Virus record (IMG/VR): IMGVR_UViG_3300028887_000067
Coordinates: 1-64,000 of that record
Length of the DNA stretch: 64,000 bases
Reading direction: 5' to 3' (one strand)
Origin: a virus
Lineage: Duplodnaviria; Caudoviricetes
Shown: in pieces, positions 55,489-64,000 of the stretch
Layout: every line of letters starts with the position of its first letter
Position numbering within the stretch: the first letter of the stretch is position 1
Translations under genes and position numbers: made by a program
Notes under the pieces: model-generated
Database searches by the model: none
What the model was told of the DNA's origin: nothing
Seen by the model: the letters and a program-made list of their open reading frames with translations, nothing else

Positions 55489-56328
55489 TTAGGAGAACTT
55501 CGTGAAGTTTTTGAGCTGGGCAAGCGCCTCGGCGACGTCTTTTTCGTCCGAACCGGCTACGCCGTCAAGCGACTCGAAACTGACGTTACCCGTCGGAATC
55601 GTACTGCGCTGCGGGGAAAGACCCTTGCCGAGACTCTCAAAACGGCTCTCGACCTTGGCCGGCTTGCTCGGCTTGGTCTCCATATCGAGCTCGTGCGTGA
55701 TTTCCTTCAGGGCGTTCTCCACGCTGTTCATGTTCAGGTCGCCGTCGGCCTCCGGGTCGATGTCGAGCATGAACACGTCGTTGGAATCACCGGATATGAA
55801 CTTAGCGATGGACTCCTTCGTGATATCGCGCACGTCTACGGTCGGTTGCATAAAATGCTTCAGGACCCGCTGTACCTCGTCGGGCTTCATGCCCTGAACC
55901 TGGCACATGATGAAATTCTTCTTCTCCAGCTCGTTAAGACGCTGATGGCTCTTGTTGAGCTCCTGGTAAGCCTGATGCAGCTTTTCCTCCGCGTCCTTGT
56001 TAGCCCGCTGGGCGTCGCCGAGCTCCTCGCTGTAGGAAATGCCGGCACTCTCCAGACAGGCGTGTATCGCCTTCACCACCCGGTAAAGCTTTCCGTCAAT
56101 CGCATTGCTCTTGTACTTCTCGACGGTCTGGGCGACCGCCTCGCCGATCATCTTGTCGGCCCGGTCAGTCACGCAGGCCAACATCTTCTCGACTTGCTTG
56201 CGCTGTTTCGCGCTGTCGGACTCGACCGCCGAAGCAAGTTCCGCACGATAGGCGGATTCGAGCTTGCTTACTATCTCCGGGGAAAGCTGCGAAAGCTCCG
56301 ACTCGGTCAATACCTTCGAAAGATCCAT
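55489..56328 (-). CDS. gp22: Prohead core scaffold protein, T4 gp22-like
   Basis: Acidic coiled coil directly after the protease; many xES motifs. Confidence 0.7.
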   Translation of the reverse strand: MDLSKVLTESELSQLSPEIVSKLESAYRAELASAVESDSAKQRKQVEKMLACVTDRADKMIGEAVAQTVEKYKSNAIDGKLYRVVKAIHACLESAGISYSEELGDAQRANKDAEEKLHQAYQELNKSHQRLNELEKKNFIMCQVQGMKPDEVQRVLKHFMQPTVDVRDITKESIAKFISGDSNDVFMLDIDPEADGDLNMNSVENALKEITHELDMETKPSKPAKVESRFESLGKGLSPQRSTIPTGNVSFESLDGVAGSDEKDVAEALAQLKNFTKFS

Positions 56329-56329
56329 C

Positions 56330-57085
56330 TTACACTCCTTGGCGCAACACAGAAATTAGCGCATTCTTGTTGTACAAACCATAGGCGATTTCCAGTTTGC
56401 CATAATCACGGGCGATAGCACGTCCGTAACTGCCCATAACGCGCTCGATGGACTCAAGCAAAGGCTTGCGGCTGGAGCCGACGGACTCGGTAAGTCCCTT
56501 GCGCTTGGTCGGGGCGACACTTTCCGTACGGCTATTGAATATGGCGGCCTGCCCGTAGGACGGGTTACCAACCACGTCAATCGTAATCATAGTGTAATCG
56601 TCGCCGATTTCCTCGTGGTCGCCGACCGTAACGGTCGAACCTGCACCGCGAAGCGAGAAACCAGGATGGTAACCGCCACGGATGAGCCCGGCAAGCGTCT
56701 TTCCGGCAGGAGTCTCCTCCAGAACGACCATGCGGACCATAAGCTTGTTGCCCTCCATGTGCATCTCCTCGATGAGGGCGCACACCTTCTCAAGGTTCAT
56801 CTCGAAAATCGGATAGTCCTTGGCATCGCCGTTGGAATCAAGACGAGGATGGTTGAGCTCGGCCGCAAGACGGCCACGAGACACCATCTCTTTCATAAGA
56901 CGATTCATCTCACGCTCGATAATGGGTTGCGAATAGGAACGATTGTTGATACCCGGAACATCACAGATAATGCCGATACCCTCAATGATCAGTCGCTTAA
57001 CGCCGACCCCGAACTCGTCAGTCCGGTCCACCAGCCTCGCGGTGGAACTCTCCACGAATATGTCACCTACAAGATGCTGCATCAT
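56330..57085 (-). CDS. gp21: Prohead protease, T4 gp21-like
   Basis: IEGI, NNRSY, ELNHP, TPAGK, GFSLRGAG (catalytic Ser), DVVGNPS. Confidence 0.92.
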   Translation of the reverse strand: MMQHLVGDIFVESSTARLVDRTDEFGVGVKRLIIEGIGIICDVPGINNRSYSQPIIEREMNRLMKEMVSRGRLAAELNHPRLDSNGDAKDYPIFEMNLEKVCALIEEMHMEGNKLMVRMVVLEETPAGKTLAGLIRGGYHPGFSLRGAGSTVTVGDHEEIGDDYTMITIDVVGNPSYGQAAIFNSRTESVAPTKRKGLTESVGSSRKPLLESIERVMGSYGRAIARDYGKLEIAYGLYNKNALISVLRQGV

Positions 57086-57261
57086 ACCGACTTCCCCCCA
57101 TTGCCGATGGATTCCATTATGGCCGTAGACGCCCGATCGAGCTCCCGGCCCATGGCCGACTCGATATACGACGTGACAATCCGCTTGACAGCGCCCTTGT
57201 CATCATTCAAAATCCCAGACAATAGCGTCTTTGCGTCCTTCTGGTCCATTTCCCTGTCCAT
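57082..57261 (-). CDS. Small prohead core protein, gp67-like
   Basis: Short helical protein directly before the protease; late box at 57276; start 57261 or 57249. Confidence 0.55.
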   Translation of the reverse strand: MDREMDQKDAKTLLSGILNDDKGAVKRIVTSYIESAMGRELDRASTAIMESIGNGGKSV

Positions 57262-57275
57262 CTCGGTTACTCTGC

Positions 57276-57282
57276 AGTTTAT
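57276..57282 (-). promoter_or_regulatory. Late promoter box ATAAACT
   Basis: Upstream of the core-protease-scaffold operon. Confidence 0.7.
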
Positions 57283-57330
57283 ATAGGGGCACAAATCCTG
57301 AAAAACGGCACCCCGACCTGCCATAGACAT

Positions 57331-57361
57331 AAAAAAGGTGGTAGATCACTCTACCACCTTT
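57331..57361 (-). terminator. Terminator after the endonuclease gene
   Basis: Minus strand AAAGGTGGTAGA-GTGA-TCTACCACCTTTTTT. Confidence 0.88.
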
Positions 57362-57387
57362 CGAGCCCGTGTTCAATAGGCCTAAGT

Positions 57388-58974
57388 TCAATCCGGACGC
57401 TTATAGACGTATTTATAGTTGCCACAATCATAAATACGGTAGATATGACGCTCAAACATAATTTCGTGTTCGGTCTTGGTTGCATCAAACCCAGCTTCAA
57501 CCAGCTTGTGCTTCTGATATTGCATTCTGTTAGCCAAAGAGTCGCCTACGACATAGTAATACGACGGCTCGGTAACACCTTCAAGCGTAAATCCAATTTT
57601 TTCATAGAACGCACCGTTACCGGACCAGCGACGGTCAGCAAAACTGACAACACTCTCCGGATTATGATCTATCAGATAATGAGTAAATAACTTACTGGCA
57701 CCGCCTACGACAGAAACATCGGGGACGGTACAATACCGTAACAATTCCATCACGTCCTTGGAATATCTTCCTGGGCCAAACGTCATCAACGCAACCAAAT
57801 CGGTTCCATTGTACAGGCCATAACGGTGCGTCGAACCGACACACGCTCCCTGAATATGATACTTATCCAAAAATGCGTTGGACGTATCGAAATCGACAAG
57901 CTTAACCTCACAAGTTCTTGCATAAATTTTGCGACGTACTGCACCCAATATAATAGCTAGACGCGCCTTAACGATGTCTTGCTTGTACTCCCATTCATTA
58001 GAAAATATATGGATCAGATGATAACCAGCTTTTTCGGCTAATTCGGTCTTCATCAAATGATAATCATTAGGACGGTACAATTCGTTATGCCAATGAATTC
58101 CGTCGTACTCTATAATCAATTTCTTAGACTCAACCACGATGTCGGCTCCATAGACACCCATGAAAGCTCGATCATAGTGTTCCGTGGTAAAGCCCAAGCT
58201 CTCAACATATTTACGTAGGTTATCCTCCGCGATAGAAGACCAAGCATCCTTCGGCTTACAATGCGAGCACGGCGTACAACCGAGATTATCCCGGTTCTTG
58301 ATATACAAATCTTGCTCCGTCATCGTCTCGCCACAAACATTGCACTTAAACGTGATTTCCTTCTTGTTACCGAACTCAATCAGTTCGCAGTTGTATTTTG
58401 AAAGAAGTTCGGTATACCCATTTATAGCAGCTTCACGATTTTTGCAGAAGTAATAAGGTACACCGATTCGTTTCATATTAGCGGCTTGCAACTTCTGCTG
58501 GAACTCCGGCAATTCTATATAAGATTTGACTCCATACCGCTCCATATTGGATGTATGGTACTTATTAACAAAATCCTTGTGCTGCGAATAGAACTCGACT
58601 CCATGACGCTCGACCATCGTAGCCTTTCGCGTTTCCAGTATCTTTTGATTATACTCGCCGTTGGATTCTTCATTCAGCTTTGTAACAGTTTCTTGGCGAG
58701 CCGCTGTCTTATGAGCGTTACGTTCTGAATCCTTTGCGATATGTTGAGCAGCACACCTCTTAGAGCAAAATTCTTTATAGCCTTGGCCAATCGACCGAAA
58801 ACTGGTAGGTTTACCACATTCGGCGCACTTACCCTCACCCGGCTTAGCGAGATACTGGTCATAGTATTGCTGGGGGTTTAAGCCGTGAGTTTTCCAAAGG
58901 TGTGTTCCCAAAGAACACGCCTTCTCGTATTCGACTATTTTTCCAGACCGTTCACAAATAAGACATCTATGCAT
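57388..58974 (-). mobile_element. Free-standing Hef-like homing endonuclease gene (528 aa)
   Basis: C2H2 and C4 zinc fingers, ERYGV-type repeats, DIVV...IIEYDGIHWH nuclease motif, C-terminal KIYAR...HIQG...GGASKLF...SFADRRWS...IYDCG domain; visibly AT-richer than flanks. Confidence 0.8.
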
Positions 58975-59088
58975 GATTTAAAATATAATAAACCCCATTC
59001 TAAAAAGCAACCCAAAAATGATGATTTTAGAGTTTTTATAACAAGTAAACATTTACTGCAAGAATACGGGTCAGAACTTAAAATTTAC

Positions 59089-59118
59089 AAAAACGGCGGT
59101 GAATCGCTCCACCGCCGT
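59089..59118 (-). terminator. Terminator after the major capsid gene
   Basis: Minus strand ACGGCGGTGGA-GCGA-TTCACCGCCGT-TTTT. Confidence 0.88.
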
Positions 59119-59149
59119 CACCTAACTAAGGAGCTAAGCTAGATCAACC

Positions 59150-60652
59150 TTACCAGTTGTTGTTCTCGAAGGAGAGACCGCCGGCAACGTTGACATTGCC
59201 ATCCAGAGAGCCCGGAACAGTCTCGTAAGAGAGACCAGGCTGCAGAGAGGCACCGCCAACAGAACCATTGGACTGCCACGGGTTGTTCTCAAGGTCGATA
59301 CCAGTGATCACGCTCGACACGTTCTTGAAGTGAATCAAGCGGTAGAACTGACCGGCACCGAGCAAGTTAGCCACGATGGCATAACGGCTCTTGACAATGA
59401 GACGCGGAGAACCATCTTCCTGACCAGCGGTCTTGCAGAAGATGTAAGGGATGTAAGGCATCATGATGATACCAGATTCACCCTGGCGCGGACCCTTATA
59501 ACCAATCAAGGCATAAGAGGCATTGGCGTAGATGTCCTGATAGAGCTTGATGTTGCCATTCAAGAGGCTACCAGCATCAGCCACACCGCCAGCGGGCTGG
59601 ACAGCGGCATCGGTCTGGAGGTAGGTCGGAGTGTAGATACCGTTGTTAAGGGTAGCCACAGCAGCGGCGATGTCCGGAGACACGATAGCGAAGTTACCGC
59701 AACCCATACGAGTCGTGAGAGCAATCTTGCGGGAGACTGCGATCATGGTGTTCACGATACCACCAGCGATGCGTTCAGCAGCCCAGCGACCCATACCGGC
59801 ATTGAGGCGGTTCGGATCAGCGAGGTCCATGTCGATCGGCTTTTCACCACCGAGGGACGGAGTCTGAGCAACAATCACCATGGCCATGAGGATTTCACGG
59901 TCGATGTTCTGCTGAATCTCAAACTGGAGACCTTCGAGGAGAAGAGCTTCAACGTCCTGGCCGTGAGCGGAGGCCATGTCCTGCTGAAGTTCGATAGTGT
60001 AGTGAGACTTGATGGCACGAGTACCAACCTTGATGGCACCAGAGATCACCTTGATCGAGGCTTTCTTGATGTTGAAGGAGTAAGCACCATACTGGTCGTC
60101 ACCGGCGACATAAGAGCCACCGAAGTTGTTGTAGAGCTGACCCGGTTCGCTAGGATCGAACTTGTTGCCCGTAGCGGAAGCACCAGTTACACCGGTACCT
60201 TCGGAGTAGTTGGACAGCATTTCGCCAGCGCCAGTGGACCACGGGTTGAACGTGCCAGCGAAGCCGGTATGGTCAGCGACGAGGTCGTAGCCAATTTCCT
60301 GCTTCTGACCGAAACGGAATTCCGTAGTCTTGGTCGGTTCGTTATCGTACAGATAACGGAGGGCAAAATAGATACCCATTGGAGTCGTAGTCGGGATAAC
60401 GGCCACGGTCTTCATCGCGAGCAGTTCAGGGAACTGACGGCGAATCATCGGGAGGGCGTACTGCTGATACTGTGCAACATCAGCAGAGATGTTGGCGGCT
60501 TCCGCGAGGACGCCACGGTTGACCTTGTTCTGGTTTTCGAGCAAGGTAGCAATAGTGCTGGCTTCTGCGCGGGTACGCATGGCCGGACCGAGGTCGGACT
60601 CAAGCACGGACTGCCACTTGCGGGTGAGATTCTTCTTCTGAAGTGTCTGCAT
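59150..60652 (-). CDS. gp23: Major capsid protein, T4 gp23-like
   Basis: KWQSVLE, ATLLENQ, PMIRRQFPELLA, YFALRY, YTIELQQDM...HG.D.E, IDREI, GNFAIVSP, PYIP, KSRY. Confidence 0.96.
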   Translation of the reverse strand: MQTLQKKNLTRKWQSVLESDLGPAMRTRAEASTIATLLENQNKVNRGVLAEAANISADVAQYQQYALPMIRRQFPELLAMKTVAVIPTTTPMGIYFALRYLYDNEPTKTTEFRFGQKQEIGYDLVADHTGFAGTFNPWSTGAGEMLSNYSEGTGVTGASATGNKFDPSEPGQLYNNFGGSYVAGDDQYGAYSFNIKKASIKVISGAIKVGTRAIKSHYTIELQQDMASAHGQDVEALLLEGLQFEIQQNIDREILMAMVIVAQTPSLGGEKPIDMDLADPNRLNAGMGRWAAERIAGGIVNTMIAVSRKIALTTRMGCGNFAIVSPDIAAAVATLNNGIYTPTYLQTDAAVQPAGGVADAGSLLNGNIKLYQDIYANASYALIGYKGPRQGESGIIMMPYIPYIFCKTAGQEDGSPRLIVKSRYAIVANLLGAGQFYRLIHFKNVSSVITGIDLENNPWQSNGSVGGASLQPGLSYETVPGSLDGNVNVAGGLSFENNNW

Positions 60653-60861
60653 AGTGTTACCTGCTGGTTAGGCCTTTTCGGCAGCACTATGCTGCGTGAA
60701 GGCACATTGACTTTACCTCTCCACAGCGGTCAGCTGCTTGAAGGCTTCATGTCAGAATGTTTAGCAGGCACGAAAAAACACCCCAAAAAGGGTGCCAAAA
60801 CCTACATTGAAATGAAAAAAGCGGTCATTCGACCGCCCTGAGACTATTTTCGGCGCCAAAA

Positions 60862-61320
60862 CTAGAAACGCTGCCCGACGGGCACGAAGTTGATATTGAA
60901 CCACGGATCGGACTTCCCGTTGTCCTCCAGACGGACCTCGATGCAGGGTTCGAATATGGTAATAAGGGACGGGTTGGTGCTCCGCAGCTTGTAAACGGCG
61001 GTTTCCATCCATTCGTCCCGATAAGCTTCGCACCCCTCGAAGACCGTGAACTGCGTCAAAGTCTTCCCGCACCAGTCCACGACGTGCAGTTTCGCAAGGG
61101 TCTCCATGATGCGGGAAAGGTTAATGGAAAGAGAACCACCCTTGACTGGTGTGTCATCGTCGTCAACTAAGCCAAGTATGGCGCACATATCGGCGACGTC
61201 GTCGGTATTGAATGCTATGAGGGACTCTTCAATTATCTCGTGCCACTTGTTCCAATCGAGATGGGTATCGAGCACGAGTTCCCTTTTGTCGGTATCGGGC
61301 AGTGTATCTTTTTTGGCCAT
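60862..61320 (-). CDS. Hypothetical protein (152 aa) between portal and capsid genes
   Basis: Own ACTAATTT box at 61328-61335. Confidence 0.75.
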   Translation of the reverse strand: MAKKDTLPDTDKRELVLDTHLDWNKWHEIIEESLIAFNTDDVADMCAILGLVDDDDTPVKGGSLSINLSRIMETLAKLHVVDWCGKTLTQFTVFEGCEAYRDEWMETAVYKLRSTNPSLITIFEPCIEVRLEDNGKSDPWFNINFVPVGQRF

Positions 61321-61351
61321 ATCCAAGAAATTAGTTCATTTTCGGAACAAG

Positions 61352-61372
61352 AAAGGCGGCCGATAGGCCGCC
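61352..61372 (-). terminator. Terminator after the portal gene
   Basis: Minus strand GGCGGCC-TATC-GGCCGCC-TTT. Confidence 0.7.
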
Positions 61373-61379
61373 GTTTCCG

Positions 61380-63083
61380 CTATGCCGGTGGAATGGGAGG
61401 CATCGGGGGAGCGCCTGGGCCACCCATACCGCCCTGTTCCTCGGTATCGGATTCATCCCCTTCGCCGGAGGCCTCCTTTTCCTCCTGCTTGCACCATTTC
61501 TTGTTGAGCAGGTATACTTCGTCGGTAAGGCGGAGTCCGTAACGGAGAGCGAACTGCTTCGAAAGTGCGCCGTTCGGGTTCTCCTTGCTAGACACGTGCT
61601 TCATCATAGAATCGAAGACCGCGAGCTTGGTAGTCCATTCCTCGGAGTCTATGAAGTTCTTGAAGCCGTTGGACTTCTTGAAGCGCACGGTGTAGAGTTC
61701 CTGGATCTTGATGTTGTCATCGATAGTATTATCGGTATTCATCACCATGATGAGGAGCCTAATGAGGATTTCCTCGAATGGGGTCTGGTACCGTTCAACG
61801 AGACGAGCGAACGATACTTCCGCCTGGGTGACTTCACCGATCTTACCCTGCGAATAGTTCTGGGAATCGCCCGCGAGCGCGGTTATACGTCCGGGAGGCA
61901 CCATCAAGGCGTTTACCAAGTTTCTCTTGAAGAATTTCAAGTCGTCAATGTTGCCGAGCTGGTCGCCGCCGGCCATTCGCTCAATGCCGGAACCGGTTCG
62001 GCCGTTTCCGACGCCGATGACAAAGTGTTCAGTCAATCCGATTGCCTTGCCAAAATTGGTAATCTCGCCGGACATCGGGTTGTAATCAAGCTTGCGGGAG
62101 AACATCTTGGCCTGGTCCTTCATGTACTTTTCTGCGGTAGACTTGGTCATACCGGAGACGTCGCACTTGAGGACGAGCTTTTCAGAACCCCAGAGAACGC
62201 GGTACATAACCACCGAGTCCTCGATCGTGTTCAATTGGTTGTACGGCTTCATAGCCGGTTCAAGAATGGAGCGCGGGTCGTTAATACCACCCGGACCGGC
62301 CATGCCTAGCGATGCGTAAAGGATCTGTTGCGGGGAGAAGTCGATATAGTTCTTGCCATTGGTCTGCTGTGACACGGGGCCGGTAAGCATCTGGCGGAAA
62401 CCGATTATCAGGTTGTCCTGCACCACGATGATCATGTTTTCCTCGGGCAACATGTTCAAGCCGACGATTTTCTTGGATTCTGTGTCGTAGATGACCTCGA
62501 AGAAAATCCTTCCGCGTCGGAGAAGATATTTCATATATTCCCAGCCTCTCGAATGGAGCTGGAAAATGCGTCGCAACACCTGCTGGCGGAAAATCTTACC
62601 GATCTTTATCTTGACGGCGTCGCCGATTTCGGCATCGGGGTCAATCTTCAGCGAGCAGATCTCGTCGAGGTCGTCCTTGTACATACCCTCGTTACAGAGC
62701 TGAATCAACGACTCGTTGACCTCGGAGCGACAGGCGACCGTATCGTATTTCAAAGCCCGTTCAACGTTCTTTCTCCAATATAGTTCGGCCTGATTTTCCG
62801 CGATCGCGTTCTGTACCTTGTCGGGATCTATCTTGGCGGTCGAGATACCGAGGGCGGGCATGTAGCTGCTGAACCCGTCCGGCGTATTGCCGTTGGGGTA
62901 CATCATCTGGCTTATGCCCTGGCCGACTATATTCCGCGACGCCCTAATCTGCCGGACAACGTCGCCCCGGTTAAAAATCCTATCAAAGAGCTGGCCTTTC
63001 TCGTTGGCAGCCCCATAATCGCGGACGTGCGAAAGCACCCTTGACGCGACAGTATCGATATGTGGCGGTTTCTTTCCTAGCAT
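61380..63083 (-). CDS. gp20: Portal vertex protein, T4 gp20-like
   Basis: GRIFF, SILEPAMKPYNQLNTIEDSVVMYR, DVSGM...AEKY, LGNIDDLKFF...ALMVP..R, EVSFAR. Confidence 0.95.
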   Translation of the reverse strand: MLGKKPPHIDTVASRVLSHVRDYGAANEKGQLFDRIFNRGDVVRQIRASRNIVGQGISQMMYPNGNTPDGFSSYMPALGISTAKIDPDKVQNAIAENQAELYWRKNVERALKYDTVACRSEVNESLIQLCNEGMYKDDLDEICSLKIDPDAEIGDAVKIKIGKIFRQQVLRRIFQLHSRGWEYMKYLLRRGRIFFEVIYDTESKKIVGLNMLPEENMIIVVQDNLIIGFRQMLTGPVSQQTNGKNYIDFSPQQILYASLGMAGPGGINDPRSILEPAMKPYNQLNTIEDSVVMYRVLWGSEKLVLKCDVSGMTKSTAEKYMKDQAKMFSRKLDYNPMSGEITNFGKAIGLTEHFVIGVGNGRTGSGIERMAGGDQLGNIDDLKFFKRNLVNALMVPPGRITALAGDSQNYSQGKIGEVTQAEVSFARLVERYQTPFEEILIRLLIMVMNTDNTIDDNIKIQELYTVRFKKSNGFKNFIDSEEWTTKLAVFDSMMKHVSSKENPNGALSKQFALRYGLRLTDEVYLLNKKWCKQEEKEASGEGDESDTEEQGGMGGPGAPPMPPIPPA

Positions 63084-63084
63084 G

Positions 63085-63282
63085 TTATCCCCACGTTACG
63101 ACCAATCCGTTATACTCAATAACGAACTTGGGTTTACGTTCCTTGACGTAGTATTCGTAAAATTCCTTGTTGTTTATGTTTTTTGACAGGAGTCGCTTGT
63201 TCAACAGAAGGCAATTAGTGACGAGCAGGAAGTCGTCAGCGCCGACATGGAACATAGGCAACCCGTTATAGTTATCGACCAT
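63085..63282 (-). CDS. Small hypothetical protein (65 aa, start MVDNYNG)
   Basis: GGAGG upstream; overlaps the upstream stop and ends 1 nt before the portal ATG. Confidence 0.6.
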   Translation of the reverse strand: MVDNYNGLPMFHVGADDFLLVTNCLLLNKRLLSKNINNKEFYEYYVKERKPKFVIEYNGLVVTWG

Positions 63283-64000
63283 AGGACGCCAACTGCCTCC
63301 ATAACCGACCGTAGTCGTCCTCGTCGCCGTCGCCGTGGCAAAGCTCAGACTTAGCGATATGCTTGGCGAGCCGCACCGCAAGAAGGTGCCCTTCGGGCAA
63401 CAACTGCCTGTAGTCGCACAACCCACCCTTCTTCATATAGTCAATAAGTTCTCCACGCGACCCAACCGACCTTACGTTGAACGTAGCCTCTACGGACGGG
63501 AGGACATAGTTATTGAACGATTCCTCCGAGACGAGCTCGCCGTTATTCTTGATCGAGGCAATTATAAAGTTCGCAATGGTCAATGCACGTTCGAGTCGCT
63601 GTTCCTTTGTCAGGCCTTCCTCGCTATCGCCCTCGGCGTACTCGCCACGGCCACGCTGTTCCGGCGGGAGGTACGCGGTTTCCTCGACCAGGGAGATGAC
63701 CGGGTCGAACCTGTCCCAGTACCCTTCGACCTTGCCGCCGTTCATCAAGTACATAGGGTCAATGTCGTCGTAGTCGGCGGTCAGCGACTGTACGCCGCGT
63801 TCGCCAAGCATGGACTTAATGCGGGCGACGAACTTGTCAAGGTTAGTATAAGCCCATTCAGCCGGGTGCTCCCCGATGGGATTCCCCATGTCGTCCACGG
63901 CGCCCGTAAAATACGAGTCGCTTCGGTCGGTAGGACAACGAAGGCGTTTAACCAAGTAAGCGTAGACGATATCGTCAAATTCTTTCTTTCGATTACGGTA
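63272..64000 (-). CDS. Hypothetical protein, 5'-truncated by the window edge
   Basis: Frame is open to position 64000 (YRNRKKEFDDIVYAYLVKRLRCP...). Confidence 0.75.
   Translation of the reverse strand, partial: YRNRKKEFDDIVYAYLVKRLRCPTDRSDSYFTGAVDDMGNPIGEHPAEWAYTNLDKFVARIKSMLGERGVQSLTADYDDIDPMYLMNGGKVEGYWDRFDPVISLVEETAYLPPEQRGRGEYAEGDSEEGLTKEQRLERALTIANFIIASIKNNGELVSEESFNNYVLPSVEATFNVRSVGSRGELIDYMKKGGLCDYRQLLPEGHLLAVRLAKHIAKSELCHGDGDEDDYGRLWRQLASYGR

Noticed and set aside
60782-60797. Sigma-54-like sequence TGGCACCCTTTTTGGG upstream of gp23
   Set aside because: The near-invariant -12 GC is GG, and a late-type box variant lies closer to the gene
59150-63083. Introns or inteins in capsid or portal genes
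   Set aside because: Both ORFs are continuous, of normal length, and lack intein motifs
1-64000. Stop-codon reassignment
   Set aside because: Core genes are full length in the standard code, and TAA, TAG and TGA all end genes at sensible boundaries

Overview
A 64 kb segment of a large, GC-rich T4-like (myovirus) phage genome, mostly on the minus strand. It carries a virion morphogenesis region: gp20 portal, gp23 major capsid, gp21 protease, gp22 scaffold, gp67-like core, gp13/gp14 neck, gp15 tail terminator, gp6/gp7-like baseplate and several large fibre/structural proteins. Also present are a gp55-type late sigma factor, a free-standing Hef-like endonuclease, and accessory genes: pnuC-nadR, two GT2 glycosyltransferases among the fibre genes, a 2H phosphoesterase, a Dps/ferritin-like protein, HSP20, an AAA+ ATPase, M48 peptidase, ASCH, GNAT and a PD-(D/E)XK nuclease. 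The left end is the start of a tRNA cluster. Read by eye, the non-coding DNA shows three promoter classes: a late ATAAACT box at 16 sites just upstream of gene starts, a CTA(T)ATTT box before non-structural genes, and one perfect sigma-54 site before hsp20. Most interesting candidates: (1) a dispersed family of late genes with a shared cleavable N-terminal leader on unrelated cargo domains, a putative capsid-targeting/injection system; (2) two tRNA-Ala genes with bulged acceptor stems, one with a rare AGC anticodon, behind a leader peptide plus terminator (possible attenuator); (3) a glycosyltransferase translationally coupled to a tail fibre gene; (4) a PnuC-NadR NAD+ refill module. All calls come from motif recognition without database searches, and the host cannot be determined from this window.
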